Below are positions 60,220 to 64,000 of a stretch of DNA of 64,000 nucleotides, one piece after another (position 1 is the first letter of the stretch; each line of letters begins with the position of its first letter). The stretch is taken from assembly GCF_044542795.1 (NCBI RefSeq), contig NZ_JBITVE010000002.1, positions 250,058 through 314,057 of the forward strand. Direction: 5' to 3'. The translations under genes and the position numbers were made by a program. Under the pieces are notes generated by a model. That model searched no databases and had not been told where the DNA came from. It worked only from the letters and a program-made list of their open reading frames with translations. This stretch comes from Microbacterium sp. NPDC077663 (GTDB lineage: Bacteria > Actinomycetota > Actinomycetes > Actinomycetales > Microbacteriaceae).

Positions 60220-61425
60220 TCAGTCCAGCGTGAGCGCGTCGAGCTCGACCTTGCGACGCTCGCGGCTCGAGCGCAGGCCCGCCTCAGCCAGCTGCACGCC
60301 GCGTGCACCCGCGAGGAGGTCGAACTCGTAGTCGGTTCCCTCGACGTACGAGACGAGGAACTCCTCCCACTGCTGGCGGAAGCCGTTCATGAAGACGTCG
60401 TTCGTCGGCACCTGCTGCCAGTCGGCGTCGTAGTCGTGCGAGTCCTCGAGGTCGGGGTTCCACACCGGCTTGGGCGTCGCGTTGCGCGGCTGGATCTTGG
60501 CGCCGAACAGGCCCACGACGGCCGAGCCGTGCGTGCCGTCGACGTGGAACTCCACGAGCTCGTCGCGGTTGACGCGGACGGTCCACGAGGAGTTGATCTG
60601 CGCGACGACGCCGCCCTCGAGCTCGAACACGCCGTAGGCGGCGTCCTCGGCGGTGGCGGTGTAGTGCTCGCCCTTCTCGTCCCAGCGGTCGGCGATGTGC
60701 ACAGCCGCCTGCGCGTAGACGGAGTCGACCTTGCCGAAGAGGTTCTCGAGCACGTAGTTCCAGTGCGGGAACATGTCGACGATGATGCCGCCACCGTCCT
60801 CGGCACGGTAGTTCCACGAGGGGCGCTGCGCGGGCTGCCAGTCGCCCTCGAAGACCCAGTAGCCGAACTCGCCGCGGACGGAGAGGATGCGGCCGAAGAA
60901 GCCCGAGTCGATCAGGCGCTTGAGCTTCTGCAGGCCGGGCAGGTAGAGCTTGTCGTGCACGACGCCGGTCTTGACGCCCGCCTCGGCGGCGAGCTTCGCG
61001 AGTTCGAGTGCCTCTTCGAGGGACTCGGCGGTCGGCTTCTCGGTGTAGATCGTCTTGCCGGCGGCGATCGCCTTGCGCAGCGCCGTGGCCCGCGCCTTCG
61101 TCACGAGGAAGTCGGCGTAGATCTCCCAGCGCGGGTCGGCGAGCGCGGCATCCAGATCGGTCGTGTAGTCCTCGATGCCGTGCTTCGCAGCGAGCTCGGC
61201 GAGCTTCGCCTCGCTGCGACCCACGAGGAGCGGCTTGACCGTGACCTTCGACCCGTCGGGCAGCTCGATGCCGCCCTGGTCGCGGATCGCGAGGATGGAG
61301 CGCACGAGGTGCTGACGGTATCCCATGCGGCCCGAGACGCCGTTCATGATGATGCCGATCTCGCGGACGGCAGGGGCGGCGGGAGCAGCCGCCGGGGCGG
61401 GAGCGGTGATGGTCGTCTCTGACAC
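60220..61425 (-). CDS. Gfo/Idh/MocA family oxidoreductase
   Basis: 401 aa with an N-terminal Rossmann fold (IGIIMNGVSGRMG) and a GFO_IDH_MocA C-terminal domain. Confidence 0.85.
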   Translation of the reverse strand: MSETTITAPAPAAAPAAPAVREIGIIMNGVSGRMGYRQHLVRSILAIRDQGGIELPDGSKVTVKPLLVGRSEAKLAELAAKHGIEDYTTDLDAALADPRWEIYADFLVTKARATALRKAIAAGKTIYTEKPTAESLEEALELAKLAAEAGVKTGVVHDKLYLPGLQKLKRLIDSGFFGRILSVRGEFGYWVFEGDWQPAQRPSWNYRAEDGGGIIVDMFPHWNYVLENLFGKVDSVYAQAAVHIADRWDEKGEHYTATAEDAAYGVFELEGGVVAQINSSWTVRVNRDELVEFHVDGTHGSAVVGLFGAKIQPRNATPKPVWNPDLEDSHDYDADWQQVPTNDVFMNGFRQQWEEFLVSYVEGTDYEFDLLAGARGVQLAEAGLRSSRERRKVELDALTLD

Positions 61426-61476
61426 GGTGTGGTCCTTCGTCTGGTTCTCCGCGCGGCGTGGGGCCCGCCCAGTGCG

Positions 61477-61490
61477 GGTAAGCGCTTTCC
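61477..61490. promoter_or_regulatory. LacI-type operator candidate GGTAAGCGCTTTCC
   Basis: Near-palindrome with the LacI-family core AAnCGnTT (AAGCGCTT), in the divergent region between the Gfo/Idh/MocA operon and the ABC transporter. Confidence 0.45.
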
Positions 61491-61603
61491 CTTCAGTGTG
61501 TCATCGCTGTCCGGAATCCGCAAGAACGATCGGATGAGGCTCCGCAACCCCGTCCGGGAGAGGATGGAGGGGGTTGTCGCAAAGACGTTACATATCCGAC
61601 ACA

Positions 61604-61617
61604 GGTAAGCGCTTGCC
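61604..61617. promoter_or_regulatory. LacI-type operator candidate GGTAAGCGCTTGCC (second copy)
   Basis: Same 14-mer with one substitution, 127 bp from the first and about 120 bp upstream of the ABC substrate-binding gene. Confidence 0.45.
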
Positions 61618-61736
61618 GCGAAACCGTCTCGGGGTTACCTTATGAGCACCCCTTGTCATGACATGCCGACAAATACCCGGTTGCCCGCTCATGACTCACC
61701 CCGCGCTCACCGAGGAGCGCACGCGAAGGAGAAGCA

Positions 61737-63011
61737 GTGAAGAGTTCCCGCACCATCCGTACCGCCACAGTCATCGCCGCAGCGGTGGGCGCTCTCGTGC
61801 TCGCCGGCTGCTCGTCGTCCAACGGCGGCGGCAGCGGCGAAGGTCAGGACGTCACCCTCGAGTTCGTCCAGTCGGGCGACGCCGCACAGGGTGGCGGCTA
61901 CGCCATGCTCGCGAAGAAGTACGAGGAGGAGACCGGCGTCAAGGTCAAGGTCGTCGAGGTCCCGAACGACGACCTCCGTACCCGTCTCCGCACCGCTTCG
62001 CAGGCCAACGACCTGCCTGCGCTCGCTGCGGCGCCCGACGCCGACCCGGCGTGGACCGACCGCATGCTCGACCTCACCGACATCGCCGAAGAGGCGAAGG
62101 TCATCCCCGCGCTGCGCGTCGAGGACCCCGAAGACGGCAAGGTCAAGGCGCTCCCGACGACCCTCACCGGCGTCGGCATGTTCCTCAACAAGACCCTCTG
62201 GGACGAGGCCGGCGTCGAGTACCCCACCACGCTGGACCAGCAGTGGACGTGGGACGAGTACGTCGAGAAGGCGTCCGAGGTCGTCGACAAGACGGATGCC
62301 GAGTTCGGCGGCGTCATCGACAGCTCGGCGCACCGCCTCCGCGCGTTCCTCTTCGAGTTCGGCAGCCAGGGCGTCACCGAGCAGAGCGACGGCACCTGGG
62401 CACTCGACTCCGAGGGTGCCACGGCGCTCGAGTACTTCAAGAAGCTGAACGATGACGGCTTCCTGCCGAAGGCCGTCTGGGCCGCTGGTGACGACCCCAG
62501 CGCGACCTTCAAGAGCGGTCGCGTCGCCGGCTACATGTCGGGCGTCTGGCAGATCGCCGACTTCCAGGCCAACATCAAGGACTTCGAGTGGATCTCGGTG
62601 CCGCTGCCGCAGCAGCCGGTCCGCTCGACGAACTACGGTGCCGCGTCCTGGATCGTCGCGTACGACGGCACAGGAGTCGAGCAGGAGACGCTCGACTTCG
62701 TGAAGTGGATGTACCAGCCGGAGAACTACACCGAGTACTGCGAGATCTCGGGCTGCCTGCCCGCGATCGAGGACGTCGACATCGAGTACAAGGACGACGC
62801 CTACGCGTTCGACCTCTACAACGGCGAGATCGCCGCGTCGCCCGAGATCGCGGCGCGTCAGACCGTCGACGGCCTCAAGAACAGCTACACCGGCCTCGCG
62901 ATCGACAGCGAGCCGCTGAAGGATGAGACCGTGAAGTACCTCAACGGCGAGCAGACGCTCGAGCAGACCGTCGAGAACATCAACACGATCTCCACCGATC
63001 AGATGAAGTGA
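61737..63011 (+). CDS. ABC transporter substrate-binding lipoprotein (carbohydrate, family 1 SBP)
   Basis: GTG start after GAAGGAGAAG; lipoprotein signal (AAAVGALVLAGCSSS); 424 aa. Confidence 0.8.
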   Translation: MKSSRTIRTATVIAAAVGALVLAGCSSSNGGGSGEGQDVTLEFVQSGDAAQGGGYAMLAKKYEEETGVKVKVVEVPNDDLRTRLRTASQANDLPALAAAPDADPAWTDRMLDLTDIAEEAKVIPALRVEDPEDGKVKALPTTLTGVGMFLNKTLWDEAGVEYPTTLDQQWTWDEYVEKASEVVDKTDAEFGGVIDSSAHRLRAFLFEFGSQGVTEQSDGTWALDSEGATALEYFKKLNDDGFLPKAVWAAGDDPSATFKSGRVAGYMSGVWQIADFQANIKDFEWISVPLPQQPVRSTNYGAASWIVAYDGTGVEQETLDFVKWMYQPENYTEYCEISGCLPAIEDVDIEYKDDAYAFDLYNGEIAASPEIAARQTVDGLKNSYTGLAIDSEPLKDETVKYLNGEQTLEQTVENINTISTDQMK

Positions 63012-63030
63012 TCTCCCTAGGGAACCCCGC

Positions 63031-63984
63031 ATGACTGCAACCATCACGCCGGACGCCTCCGCCCCCGCGGCGGGGGCGCCCGGCGCGCCCTCCCGTCCCC
63101 GCCGCAAGCGTGCTTTCGGCCGGTACCGCATGGCGCCGTTCCTTTTCACGGTCATCACGGCCGCGCTCTTCGCCCTGTTCTTCCTGTGGCCGGGCGTCCT
63201 CGGGCTCTCGTACTCGCTCACGGACTTCCGTGGGTGGGGCGACGCCAATTTCGTCGGCCTCGACAATTACGGCGCACTCCTGAGCGACCCGAGCTTCTAC
63301 GCCGCCCTCGGCCGCACGTTCGTTTTCGCCCTGTTCTCCGTGCCGCTGAGCTACGCGCTCTCGCTCGGCATGGCCGTCGCCATCAACGCGACGCACGCCC
63401 GCGGCAAGACGGCCGCGCGCATCATCTTCTTCCTGCCCTGGCTCGTCTCCCCCATCGTCACCGGTGTCATCTGGCGGTGGATGTTCGGAGAGAGCTTCGG
63501 CTTCGTGAACTTCGTCATCAGCCTCCTCGGCGGCGATCGGGTGCCGTGGTCCTCCAACGCCGACCTCTCGCTCTTCGTCGTCATCGTGGCGTCGTCGTGG
63601 GGCGGTGCGGCCTTCAACATGCTGCTGTTCGTCGCGGCGCTCAACAACGTGCCCCAGTCGTACTACGAGGCAGCCGAGCTCGACGGTGCGAACGGGTGGC
63701 AGCGCTTCGTCCACATCACTCTGCCCTCGATCGCCCCGACCTCCGTGCTCGTGGTCCTGCTGTCCACACTGGGGCACATGAAGGAATTCGCGCTGATCCA
63801 GTCGCTCAACGGCGGTGGGCCGGGCACGCAGAACCGTTTGATCGTCCAGTACATCTACGAGACCGGCTTCAAGCAGTCCGAGATCGGCTATGCCAGCGCC
63901 GCGTCGATGATCCTCCTGGTGATCCTCATGGTCATCGCGATCATCCAGCTGCGCATCAGCCGGAGGAGCAACAACTCATGGTGA
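63031..63984 (+). CDS. carbohydrate ABC transporter permease (MalF/UgpA-like)
   Basis: 317 aa with 6 TM helices and a partial EAA loop motif (EAAELDGANGWQRF). Confidence 0.85.
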   Translation: MTATITPDASAPAAGAPGAPSRPRRKRAFGRYRMAPFLFTVITAALFALFFLWPGVLGLSYSLTDFRGWGDANFVGLDNYGALLSDPSFYAALGRTFVFALFSVPLSYALSLGMAVAINATHARGKTAARIIFFLPWLVSPIVTGVIWRWMFGESFGFVNFVISLLGGDRVPWSSNADLSLFVVIVASSWGGAAFNMLLFVAALNNVPQSYYEAAELDGANGWQRFVHITLPSIAPTSVLVVLLSTLGHMKEFALIQSLNGGGPGTQNRLIVQYIYETGFKQSEIGYASAASMILLVILMVIAIIQLRISRRSNNSW

Positions 63985-64000
63985 CCACCTACGCCCTCAC
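63978..64000 (+). CDS. second ABC transporter permease, 5' fragment truncated by the window edge
   Basis: ATG at 63978 overlaps the previous stop (ATGGTGA); only 7 codons are visible. Confidence 0.35.

Overview
This is a 64 kb segment of a high-GC (about 70%) actinobacterial chromosome. Gene content suggests Microbacteriaceae, possibly Microbacterium-like; that is inference. Coding is dense, and many long six-frame ORFs are antisense artefacts of GC-rich DNA. I support about 62 CDS, with no rRNA, tRNA, CRISPR array, IS element or transposase.

Main modules, in order:
- A minus-strand, translationally coupled amidohydrolase/peptidase operon (isoaspartyl peptidase, SDR, M19 dipeptidase, M20 amidohydrolase, PanE-like reductase), divergent from an RpiR/MurR regulator.
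- A classical beta-glucoside PTS operon: licT antiterminator, a RAT element overlapping an intrinsic terminator, bglF (EIIBCA) and bglA (GH1 6-phospho-beta-glucosidase).
- mmuM, GNAT and HAD genes, then an SDR/enoyl-CoA hydratase/3-hydroxyacyl-CoA dehydrogenase trio.
- An APH(3')-type aminoglycoside phosphotransferase.
- An ECF transporter (S component YkoE-like, fused double ATPase, EcfT) preceded by a TPP (THI-box) riboswitch.
- A DD-carboxypeptidase, a J-domain/NERD-like protein, hemD, a small holin-like/DUF3618 membrane trio, protoporphyrinogen oxidase and glyQS.
- Flotillin, two MFS transporters with MerR and MarR regulators, NSAR/OSBS plus GNAT, purU, LigT, pepO and a secreted lipase.
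- An araR-araD-araB-araA arabinose operon with an AraR box.
- A LacI-controlled keto-sugar locus (DUF2264, glycerate kinase, TIM-barrel isomerase, DUF993, Gfo/Idh/MocA) divergent from a sugar ABC transporter.

Unexplained structure the gene calls do not account for:
- A roughly 90 bp MITE/REP-like repeat family with terminal inverted repeats GGATGCAACAGATC/GATCTGTTGCATCC, three copies, each between convergent genes.
- A second GC-rich hairpin repeat family, two copies, also between convergent genes.
- A 17 bp tandem repeat of about 5.5 units abutting the ecfT stop codon.
- Several paired operator-like palindromes in divergent promoter regions.
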